DNA of 64,000 nt from positions 54,870,001 through 54,934,000 of the forward strand of contig NC_091999.1 in the NCBI RefSeq assembly GCF_044704955.1, written 5' to 3'. Origin of the DNA: Pristiophorus japonicus (lineage: Eukaryota). The notes beneath the pieces are model-generated. The model saw only the letters and a list, made by a program, of their open reading frames with translations. It did no database searches and had not been told where the DNA came from. The translations under genes were made by a program, and so were the position numbers. Every line of letters starts with the position of its first letter. The first letter of the stretch is position 1. This document shows positions 25,833 through 36,333 of the stretch, in pieces.

Positions 25833-26157
25833 CCGGTGGACTGTTAACTGTAAAATACAGAGATTAAATTCCACCCAGCTCTAAAAACCCGATTCCGACT
25901 CCTGTAAGAGTGACTCAGCGAGATATTTCATTTTGTACCGTTCATTATATTTACAAAAATGATTGGAATACTTCTGAAGCATCTGTGCAGATTCAGCATG
26001 GCAATCAATAGTAATAAAGAAGAAAACATTTTTATGCATTTAAATATATATATAGATAGATAAATATTTTACTTCTATTTATTTTTATTTAAGCCTCAGT
26101 TCCTTCGACGCTCCTGGCGTTTTAATGATCGCAGGTTTGACCAAACTCCCTGTCTGG

Positions 26158-26240
26158 GGTTTTTGTATAGAGAGCTCGCTCTGTATACCACCGTGGCCCA
26201 CTGCTGTAGTCCCACAGTGACAGGAACCCGCGCATATACT
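26158..26240 (-). other. DH segment GGACTACAGCAGTGGGC (26196-26212) with 5' 12-RSS and 3' 22-RSS (shark D1 type)
   Basis: 5' RSS read on +: CACAGTG-12-GCATATACT (26213-26240). 3' RSS read on -: CACGGTG-22-ACAAAAACC (26195-26158). All three D reading frames are open. Confidence 0.93.
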
Positions 26241-26639
26241 GCACTCACTCTCTGCTCAGTACTGACTCTCAACATTCACGTCAAATAGACATTCACTTCA
26301 CATGCACATTCGCTTCTGATCAAGTTTAGAATTTAGCCAACAGTTTGCACAACACACTAGAGAGTAAACACAGTTCTACCCAACTCCCTGCATGTACCAG
26401 GCACAGTGAATCGAGTATCATTTCCAGCTCTGCAATTGCTGACACTTTAACATTAAACAGGAGCACAATCAAACCTCCCCTCCGTCGATGGGTTAGTGTG
26501 TTAGATTTTCCCATTTAATTCTCAGTGTGTTAGTTTTGTAAGAAGCGGTGTATGGTATTGTTCTGTACACTGCGGGTAACATTGCATTTGACACAATTAC
26601 TGACCGTTATGATGGAAGTTGTTGAATTCCGCCTCGATC

Positions 26640-26678
26640 TGTTCTTGTACGGGTCCAGCCCTGGTTCATCTCGCTGTG
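26640..26678 (-). promoter_or_regulatory. VH 23-spacer RSS
   Basis: CACAGCG-23 nt-ACAAGAACA immediately after YYCARD. Confidence 0.9.
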
Positions 26679-26984
26679 GGTCCCTTGCACAGTAATAGAT
26701 GGCGGTGTCTTCGCTCTTCAGTTTCTTCATGTCCAACGTGAAGATATTGTTTGAAGTGTCTTTGGACGCAGTAAATCGGCTCTCAATCCCTGGGACGTAA
26801 TACTTGCTCGATGGACTGTCGTAGTAAACCAGCCACTCTAGCCCCTGTCCGGGAACCTGGCGGACCCAGTACATCGAGGTGCCACCAAGATTGAAGCCGC
26901 TGGTTTTACAGGTCAGTCTCAGGGAGCCTCTGGGAATCCTGGTCTCTGCCTCGGACTGAGTCAACACCACATCCGAGTGGACAC
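26679..26984 (-). CDS. IGHV: IgM VH exon, intact
   Basis: [65 protein letters not shown], a classical shark mu-type VH. Acceptor TTTTACAG at 26985. Confidence 0.97.
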
Positions 26985-27110
26985 CTGTAAAAATAATCAA
27001 AAACTCCGAGGATCAATCCTGGTGAAATCATTCCTGACTCTGTAACATTCCAGAGAGAGACTAACACTGAGACAGTAACAGTGAGAGATTGGAGGATAAA
27101 AACTACTCAC

Positions 27111-27156
27111 GGGAAAAGAAAGCCAGCAACAGACTGAGCGCAATCGCCGACCTCAT
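27111..27156 (-). CDS. IGHV: VH leader exon (MRSAIALSLLLAFFS-R)
   Basis: 46-nt hydrophobic exon with a GTGAGT donor and a 126-bp intron; joins V in frame. Confidence 0.93.
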
Positions 27157-27244
27157 CCTCCTGGCAATGTGTGGTGAATGGTTCTGGCAAGAACTCACTG
27201 GGCAAACCCACTCCCGGACTGTTGTATTGCGGTCCCAGTGACAG

Positions 27245-27332
27245 CAGTTAAATACCCGGGAGCTGGGGGCGAGGTTACAGACGCCGCCCATTGATTCCCT
27301 GATAGGGGCGGTTTCTGGAACCACGTCACACC
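27245..27332 (-). promoter_or_regulatory. VH promoter: TATA-like TATTTAA (27254-27248), GC box (27305-27311), CRE/TCR-decamer-like TGTGACGTGG (27330-27321); no octamer
   Basis: Motifs are seen ~90-175 bp upstream of the ATG. Shark IgH promoters are known to lack the octamer and carry a TCR-like decamer. Confidence 0.65.
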
Positions 27333-28865
27333 TTCCACATCACCAACAGAATGGACTCACATCTGGACTGTAAATTAAATATTTTTATTTCCTCACTGTT
27401 TCACAGGAGATGTGGATCTCTGAGATTGAATTACATTATCAGGTTCTAAAGACACTGCCAGTTTGTGTTTCTCTATCTCCCGCTATCTATCCATGCATCT
27501 GTACCAATAACTTGTCCCCTATAATCTGAACTGTTATCACTCTATTTAACCGAGTGCGGGAGATGAGTAATGTGATTCTGTTTACGGTGTAAGTGGCTAA
27601 AGCTACACTTTTGGTCTGGAGATGAAATGATACTCTTCACATTATACAATTGTCTCTCATTGCATTTCACGAACTGCCCCTGAGTCTGTGACCCTAAGTC
27701 CGCCGTTTGTAAAATAAGCTGTAAAATAAGTCCGCTTGACTGATGATTAAGGAGTGAGTTGACGGAGACACATAAGAATGTGGGGCCCGCCCGCTTCAAA
27801 CCTGCGTTTCATGAGAGAAGCTTGTGAATCAGAACCGATAATGTGATCAGCAAACCTCGACATCCAAATCCTTGCTGCTAACTTTAATAGCGACCGAATG
27901 TGTAACAGACACGGGGAACATGAACACGGTGTATGAGGAGATAGCGGTATGTTACAGAATATCACAGGAATAAATGCTTAATCTGCAGCAGAAACAGATC
28001 ACAATCTGGACATTTCACCACCCAATGGTAGCCGGGCTATGAGAGGGGTTGTTCAGGGATCCAAATCAGCTCAAATTACACCGCAAACTGCGCGGCTACT
28101 AATCAGGAATAATGGAGAGATTAGTTTAGACCAGGCACAAAATTCGGTGAGAATATTAAAGAAGTGCAGCTGGCACTTCTCTGTGAGAATATTCAAGGCA
28201 ATACAACTTGTTTTAGTTACTTTGCGAATCCCAGTCATCACATTACAGTGTGGGGCGGTACCATTAAACCTCTCTCCAGCACTTTATGCTGTACTGAATA
28301 AAGGGACTGAATAATCTGGAATGTTCTTTATTTGGAAATGGTTTTCATTAGATACTGTGTGGATCAATTCATTATTTTCCGATCCTATTTTATAATATGG
28401 TGAGCATGGAATTTACGGAAAATCATTCTTGAGATGTTATACCATGTAAAATGTTTCATATTTTAAAAGTTCGACTGAATAATTTAATGTTCAAATAGTT
28501 AAATATCATCTTCCTCCCATTCTTGTTCACGCTAATCTGACCCACACAATATTTAGCAGTAGCCCAACCGACTGCCGTCAGCGAGCCTCGAACACCAGTG
28601 TCATTTATAGGAAGCATGTGGGGTTTTGTGCAGTCCATCAAAGGTCTCTTTTCTCACTACTGACCGCATGCCTGGAAGCCAACTTCAATATCTTTACATT
28701 GTCAAAAGACCTATTTATATACACATTTACGCAGTAACAGTGCTGGAGATAAGTTTAATTTTTTCGTTGTGTAAATGTGTGTAACTATTCCCATATCTCA
28801 GGAAAGGAAATATATCCAATGTCTCAGACACTATGTCAATAGCAGCAGTCAGCTGGAGTATCAGT

Positions 28866-29015
28866 NNNNNNNNNNNNNNNNNNNNNNNNNNNNNNNNNNN
28901 NNNNNNNNNNNNNNNNNNNNNNNNNNNNNNNNNNNNNNNNNNNNNNNNNNNNNNNNNNNNNNNNNNNNNNNNNNNNNNNNNNNNNNNNNNNNNNNNNNNN
29001 NNNNNNNNNNNNNNN
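28866..29015. other. Assembly gap (N)
   Basis: Run of n. Confidence 1.
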
Positions 29016-29139
29016 AGGGACACCACAATGACCTGTGCTGGGTCCACTATTGTTCACAACTTATATTAACAATTTAGATTTTGGAGTTAAAAACACAACT
29101 TCTAAATTTTCGAATGCACGAAGGGCGGGCGGGTCGGGG

Positions 29140-31220
29140 GGTCAATACTGTGGAACACTGTAACGAATTACAAGAATACATGAATTGACTAATTTCAACA
29201 CAGACAAGTATTAGGTATTACATTTTGGTGAGAAAAATAAGGAGGTCACTTATCACTTTTAAAATAAGAATCTCAGTGGGATGGAGGAACAATACACACA
29301 TCACTAAAAGTATTGACGCAGGTTAATAATGCCATAAAAAGAAGAAAACCTGCACTCGGGTTTATTTCTAGAGGGATAGAATTGAAAAGTGCAAAAGTTA
29401 TGCTGAACTTGGTTAGACGATACTTGAAGTACTTTGCATAATTGACCCAATCCCCTGCCCTTTTCCCGAAGCCCTGCATATGTTTTCATTCAGAGTTCTG
29501 GATAGTGCAGGGAAGTGGAGTTGAGGTAGAAGATCAGCCATGATCCCGTTGAATGACGGAACAGGCTCGAGAAACCGTATAGCCTAATCCAGCTCCCAAT
29601 TCTTATGTTCTTATGTTCTGATTTTCTAGTCAATATGGACATTAGATACTCAATAGCTCCTCATAGGACAGCCCCCAACACCTGCACCCTATCCGCCCCC
29701 CACCCCGCCGCCGTCCCAGGAATCAGATCAGTCTGATGAACCTTGATGCACTCCCCCCAAGGCAAATGTATCCATCCTTAAGTAAGAAAAACAAAACTGT
29801 ACACAATAAACCAGGTGTAGTCTCAGCAGGGCCCGATATAAGTGCATGAAGGCTTCTTTGCTCTAATACTCCAATCCCTTTGCAATAAAATGTTGCTGAC
29901 CATTTGCTTTCATAATTGCTCACTTTGGCTCTATGTTAGCTTTCTGTGATTCGTGTACAAGGCCATCCAGGTCTTTCTGAAGAACAACATTACCCAGTTT
30001 CTCAGCATTCAAAAAATTATCTGCGTTTCTATTTGTCCTACCAAGGTGCGTAACTTCACACTTCTCCACATTATACTCAATCTGCCACGTTCTTGCCCAC
30101 TCACTTAACCTGTCAATATCCTTTTGCAGCCTCCTTACTTCTTCCTCACTGTTTACTGTCCCACCTAACTTTGTATTGTAGAGGACACTAATTTAAGTCA
30201 TCTTTCTGTACACGTGTAGACGCTCTAACAATCTGTTTTTAGGTTTTTGATAGCTTATTTAATTTTATATTTTCTGCCATGTTATCATTTGCATGTGCAT
30301 CTTTTGCTGCATTGAAAAATCTTCCCAATTGTCGGTCTTACTATTCTTTTTGTCAACATTCTAAGCCTGTTCATTTAATCTAATACTATCTTTAACTTCC
30401 CTTGTTAGCCACGGTCGCACCATTTTTCCTGTGAGGTTTTTATTCATTATGGAAGTTTATCTAATCTGACGGCTATGTATGATGAGCTGAAAGTGAAGTT
30501 GCAACAATAATGTTGCTAATTCCGCCCTTGATACTACCTGATCATCTGCACCTCTTGTGGTTTCTTCTAAAATAAATCCTCTGGGTTAACGTTCAAGCAA
30601 GTTATTGTGGTTGGAATTATGAATCATGTTTAAAGTAAGCTCTGGGGCATGCAGTAGATGTCATTTATCAGCAGGTGGCGACAGTGATCATATTGATACA
30701 TGAGTCATGTGGAGACGGATGTTGCTGAGCATTTCAGTCACCGTCTACATTGTCAAAACAAGTAAAACAATATAATTAATGCTATTCAGTCAGTCAAATT
30801 TGAAGGGAGCATGTATCCTTAGAAATATTCTGAAGGGCAAATAAAGATTGCATTTATTTCAATCCACATTTTAGGAAGATTGTCGGGCTCTTGACGAGGA
30901 TGCAAAGGAGATTGGTATACAGTTATGTGGAGACGAGAGAGGATGGGATTATTCTTATTACAGCAGGGAATGCTTAGGGGAGAATTAACAGATGTTTTCA
31001 AAATTGTGAAGGGGTTTCATAGAGTTGATAGTAAGGTATGGTTTCCATCGGCAGGTCTATCGGTAACCAGAGGATAAAGATAAAATAAATCCAGACGGGC
31101 GATAAGGAGATATTTTAAGAAGCGAGTTGTAATAACCTGGAATGTAATGCCAGAAAGGGTGATGGCAGCAGATTCAATTATAAATTTCAAATAGGGAAAT
31201 CAATATATATTTGAAAAAGA
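29140..31220. mobile_element. Cluster of decayed CR1 fragments in both orientations (~29140-29620 +, ~29640-30440 -, ~30880-31220 +)
   Basis: CR1 3' UTR with (TTCTTATG)n tail at ~29600; RT remnants. Confidence 0.75.
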
Positions 31221-31229
31221 AAGATGATC

Positions 31230-32770
31230 TGCTGTAATACAAAGAGAGACAGTGTCGAGGATAATATAAACAGGGATAGTGTCTGGAAGAATATAAACAG
31301 AGACAGGGTCTAGTGTAATATAAACAGAGACAGGGTCCAGTGTAATATAAACATGGATAATGTCTGGAAGAATATAAACAGAGAAAGTGTCTCGTGTAAT
31401 ATAAACAGAGACGGGGTCTAGTGCAATATTAGATAGAAGTACCCATAGATGGATAGAAGTACGAATCGACGGACGGACGGACAGACGGACGGACCGACCG
31501 ACCGAACGACAGACAGACAGACAGATAGACAGTCAGACAGACATGAAGATTTGCATGGCTAGAATGTTGCTATCAATTTACTCTAGACGTTATATATGTT
31601 TAGATTACTCTCGACCGTGTTTAATTATAACTGCACTAGATCATCTCTCTATTCAGATTGCACAAGGTCCTGTCTCAGTTAGTACTGCACTAGTCTCGGG
31701 ATCTATTTTAATACTGTAAATCCTGTCTCAGTTACACTGCACTGGACCCTGTCTCTTTTTGTATTATGCTAGGCTCTGTATCAGTTATCACAGTACTAGG
31801 CCCTCCGTTATAATACGTTTGAACCATTCTCAGTTACTATTGAACTGGATGCTGTCTCTGTTTATATTACCGTACAACCTATTTATATCAATATTGCACT
31901 AGTCCCTGTCTCCCTTTATATTACACTAGACACTGTATCAGTTTATATTGCACTAGAAAATGTCAATGTTTCTAATACAATAGATCATGTATTAGTTATT
32001 ATTAGTGCACGATATCCTTTGTTATATTACGTTGGACCCTGTCACTGTTTATATTATACTATCCCATGCCTCTTTATAATAGATGGGTCCTGTCTCGGTT
32101 TATATTATCCTAGACCCTGTCTCTATTTATATTACACTAGACCCGGTCTCTATTTATATTACACTAGACCCTGTCTCTGCTTATATTATACTAAACCCTG
32201 TATTTTTTATATTACACTAGACACTGTCTCTGTTTATATTGCACTAGACACTGTCTCTGTTTATATTACACTAGACACTGTATTTTTTATATTACACTAG
32301 ACATTGTCTCTGTTTGTATTACACTAGACCCTGTCTCTGTTTATATTACACTAGACACTGTTTATATTTCACTAGACCCTGTCACTGTTTGTATTACACT
32401 AGACCCTGTCTCTGTTTATATTACACTAGACACTGTTTATATTACACTAGACCCTGTCTCTGTTTATATTACATTAGACACTGTCTCTGTTTATATTACA
32501 CTAGACACGTCTCTGTTTCTATTACACTATATCCTGTATTTTTTATATTACACTAGACACTGTCTCTGTTTATATTACACTAGACCCTGTCTCTGTTTAT
32601 ATTACACTAGACACTGTTTATATTATACTAGATCCTGTCCCTGTTTATATTATACTGGACGCTGTGCCTGTTTATTTTACACTAGACCCTGTCACTGTAT
32701 ATATTACACTATATCCTCTCTCTGTCTATGTTACAATTGGACCTATCTCGGTTGTTACTGCACTGGACGC
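31230..32770. repeat. 27-bp satellite (ACCCTGTCTCTGTTTATATTACACTAG): inverted block 31230-31430, GACG/GACA microsatellite, then forward block ~31580-32770
   Basis: Directly visible. The 9-codon period explains the RPCLCLYYT ORFs. Confidence 0.95.
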
Positions 32771-34147
32771 TGGAGTATAGATGTGTCTATATAGGTCAAA
32801 TCGAGCAATGCGTGTGGCTGAGTGTCAGAGTTTGCACTGATGTAGCTATGGCGAGCAAGTCACGTTGATGACGCTGCATTTTTGTAAACAATGACGTCAC
32901 CCATTGTTTCGTGTTGCTGACGTGATGATGTTAAACACGTAAAAACGAAATGCAATATACAGGAAGTTGCACTGATAATAAAATCTTTCTGCGATAGGGA
33001 TGTCACACTGTGCCATCAAACATTCCCAGGGCAGAGACAGCGCGGGTCTATGCAGAGAAAATCTCCCTCTACACCGTCACATCAAACACTCCCAGGGCAG
33101 GTACAGCACGGTTTAGATAGAGAGTAAAGCCCCCTCTACACCGTCCCATCAAACTCTTCCAGGGCAGTTACATCACTGGTCGATGCAGAGCAAAGCTCCC
33201 TCGAAGCCGTCCCATCAAACACTCCCAGGGCAGATACAGCACGGGGTTAGATGCAGAAAAAATTTCCCTCTACAGAGTCCCATCAAACACCCAGAATCTT
33301 TGAATTCACACGACATATTTTATTATAAAGCTGCCTCTCCGCACACCCACCAATTTGGTTTGAGGCCTGGAAATAGATCTTAGGGAACAATTTTGTTAGA
33401 CTTTGACTTCTTATTGTGAGATAAAGATAATGAGGCATTCTTTAAAGCAAGGCAGAAGGTGGGGATAGTAGAGAGAGGCAGAGAGGGAGGGGATACAGGG
33501 AATTGCCACTAATACATTTGAGCTGTCACTGTATACGGTGAGTAGAATCTTTCCCCATTCTGACCGTGGATATCATCGTTGATTGGTTCACCAATAACTG
33601 AAATAAATATCCGAAACATCAATTGTTGCTGGAATCCGTTGAGACATTAGCATTTCTCTCTCCATTTATTTCTATTCTGTATTGATGAGGAAACATTTAT
33701 TCTGTTTCTGCCGTTCAATATTCTAATCTGGGACTTCTATTTCTGTGTTTATTTACATAAACACCTCATTGGTTTCCATGAAGTGTTTATGGGAGCAAAA
33801 GCAGATCCACAAAGTCATTACTGATTAGTTTTAACTCACAGCATGGGTTTATTTTATGAATATTGTTAGCTGCTACAAAGAAATGGAAATATCTCCAGCA
33901 GTGACGTCGGTTTTTGGTTTGTTCGACTAGAAGAGATGTGATTTATATCAAAGGGAAAATATTAAAATTAAAAATTAATTTCTGAAAATTCTGCTACAAA
34001 GTCAGTGGAACTTCTCTGAACAGATCAGTGATACTCTGGATGTCCATTTAGCGTAAGATTCCAGTCAGTTAAACTAAACAAGTTAGAACAGCGACCAGAG
34101 TAGTGACCCATTGCAACGTGTATTTTAAATGTTGATATTGAGAAATA

Positions 34148-34580
34148 ACTTTCACGACTTTCACGTCCTCGGAATGTCCAAAAGCACTTTACAATGAAGT
34201 ACGTTTGAAGTGTAGTCACTTTTGTAATGCAGGAAACGTGGAGTCAAATTGCGCACAAACGTAATGTGATAATAACCACAGAATCTGTTCTTTAGTGATG
34301 CTGGGTAATGGATAAATATGTGTAATGGACACCGAGGTGAACTCCACTGCTGTTTAAAATAGTGTCATTCAATCTCTTACATCCAACTGTGAGGGGAGAC
34401 TCAACAGATATAACGTCTCTTCCGAAAGACTGCACTACCGAGAATATAGTCCCCCCACCCTTCGCCTTCGGTACTCGTACCGGGAGTGCCAGCCGAGATT
34501 ATGTGCTCAGTCTCTGGAGAAGGGTTTGAACCCACAGCTTTCTCAGTCAGAGGCTAGATTGATCCCATTGTACCGGGGCT
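34148..34580 (-). mobile_element. DeuSINE (SacSINE1-like)
   Basis: tRNA head plus Deu-type body, homologous to the 46247 and 53287 copies. Confidence 0.8.
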
Positions 34581-34949
34581 TTAGTACATCACAGCTTTAT
34601 TTTTTAGATGTTGTCATTTCGTTCAGAGTGCCCAAAGTTCAGTGCCTGAGACGAGTCTTGCACAGTCAGTTGAATTCCCGGGGATAATGCTCTTATTTTG
34701 CCTGGGATGATATTCTGGCACTGATGTAAAATGGGATTTACATATCAAATCTTCGCGACTCCCCATCTGGATGTTCATGAGGTGCATCAGTAGAGCAGCT
34801 GGAAACTGGGACGGTGCTCCTGAGATCCGAGAATTTTAAGGCTGTTTTAATAGTGGCGATCAAAATTATGAGGAGTTTTAAACGAGTAAATAGTGAGAAA
34901 CCTTTTCCACTGGTAGGACGTACAGTAACCACAAGCCAGAGATTTAAAA

Positions 34950-35900
34950 TGTATTACTGCACTTGACCCTGTCTCTGCTGAGATTACACAAGCTCCTGTC
35001 CCTGCTTACATTATACTAGACCCTGTCTCTGTTTATATTACACGGGACCCAGTCTCTCTTTATATTACACTAGACATTGTCTCTGTTTATAGTACACCAG
35101 GCCCTGTTTCTTTTTTTATTACACTAGAACCTGTCTCTGTTTATATTACCCTAGACCCTGTCTCTGTTTATATTACACTTGACCCTGTTTCTGTTTATAT
35201 TACACTAGACCCTGTCTCAGTTTATAATACACTAGACCCTGTCTCTCTTTATATTACACTAGACCCTGTCGCTCTTTATTTTACCCTAGACCCTGTCTCA
35301 GTTTATATTACACTAGATCCTGTCTCTGATTAGAGTCCCCTGGACCCTGTCCCTGCTTATATTACACTAGATCCTGTCTCAGTTTATATTACACGACCCT
35401 GTCTCTGTTTATATCACACTTGACGCTGTCTATGTTTATATTACACTAGACCGTATCTCTCTTTATATTACACTAGACATTGTCTCTGTTTATAGTACAC
35501 CAGGCCCTGTTTCTTTTTTTTATTACACTAGACCCTGTCTCTGTTTATATTACACTAGACCCTGTCGCTCTTTATATTACTCTAGACCCTGTCTCAGTTT
35601 ATATTACACTAGATCCTGTCTCTGATTATAGTACCCTGGACCCTGTCTCTGCTTATATTACACTAGATCCTGTCTCAGTTTATATTACACTACCCTGTCT
35701 CTGTTTATATTAACCTAGACCCTGTCGTTGTTTATGTTACACTCGCCCATATCTCTGTTTATAATACACTAGAACCTGTCTCTTTTTATGTTACACTAGA
35801 GCCTGTCTCTGTTTATCTTGCACTTGACCCAGTCTCTATTTAAATCACTCTAGACACTGGCCACTTATTAATGTATTGCAACATATCTCTGCTTATATTA
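34950..35900. repeat. 27-bp satellite array (also ~39320-39905, 41260-42306, 44900-45160, 46720-46820, 47840-48430, 52070-52330, 57435-57590)
   Basis: Same monomer as the 31580-32770 array. Confidence 0.95.
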
Positions 35901-36333
35901 GGCCTTAGATCTCAGATGGAATATTATGGCCAATTTTGGGCACCACATTTCCATAACGATGTACAGACACTAGAAAGGGTACCGGAGAGGTTTAACGGGC
36001 TGTTACCAGGGATGAGGGACTTCAATTAGAGAGTTCAAAAGTTTGAACTGTTCTCCTTGTAACAGAGAAGTTTAATTAGGGACCTAATAAATGTCTTCAA
36101 CAAGCTAACTTGTTTTTATAATGTAGAGGAGATATGAGGGGACATGTCTTCACCGAGAGGGTAGTGGGGGTCTGAAACGCACAGCATGAAATATTGATAG
36201 AGGCAGGAATCCTCACCATATTTAAACGATACTTGGATGTTCAATTAACGTGTCGTAACCTACAGGCTACAGAACACGAGCTGGAAAGTGGGATTAGGCA
36301 GGATAGCTCTTTGTCGGCTGGCGCTATATAATG

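Noticed and set aside
26370-26440. Extra heptamer CACAGTG at 26402-26408 between V and D (possible additional D)
   Set aside because: There is no acceptable nonamer at 12 or 23 nt and no matching RSS on the other side.
28610-28670. Nonamer-like GGTTTTGT upstream of VH
   Set aside because: No heptamer at 12 or 23 spacing.
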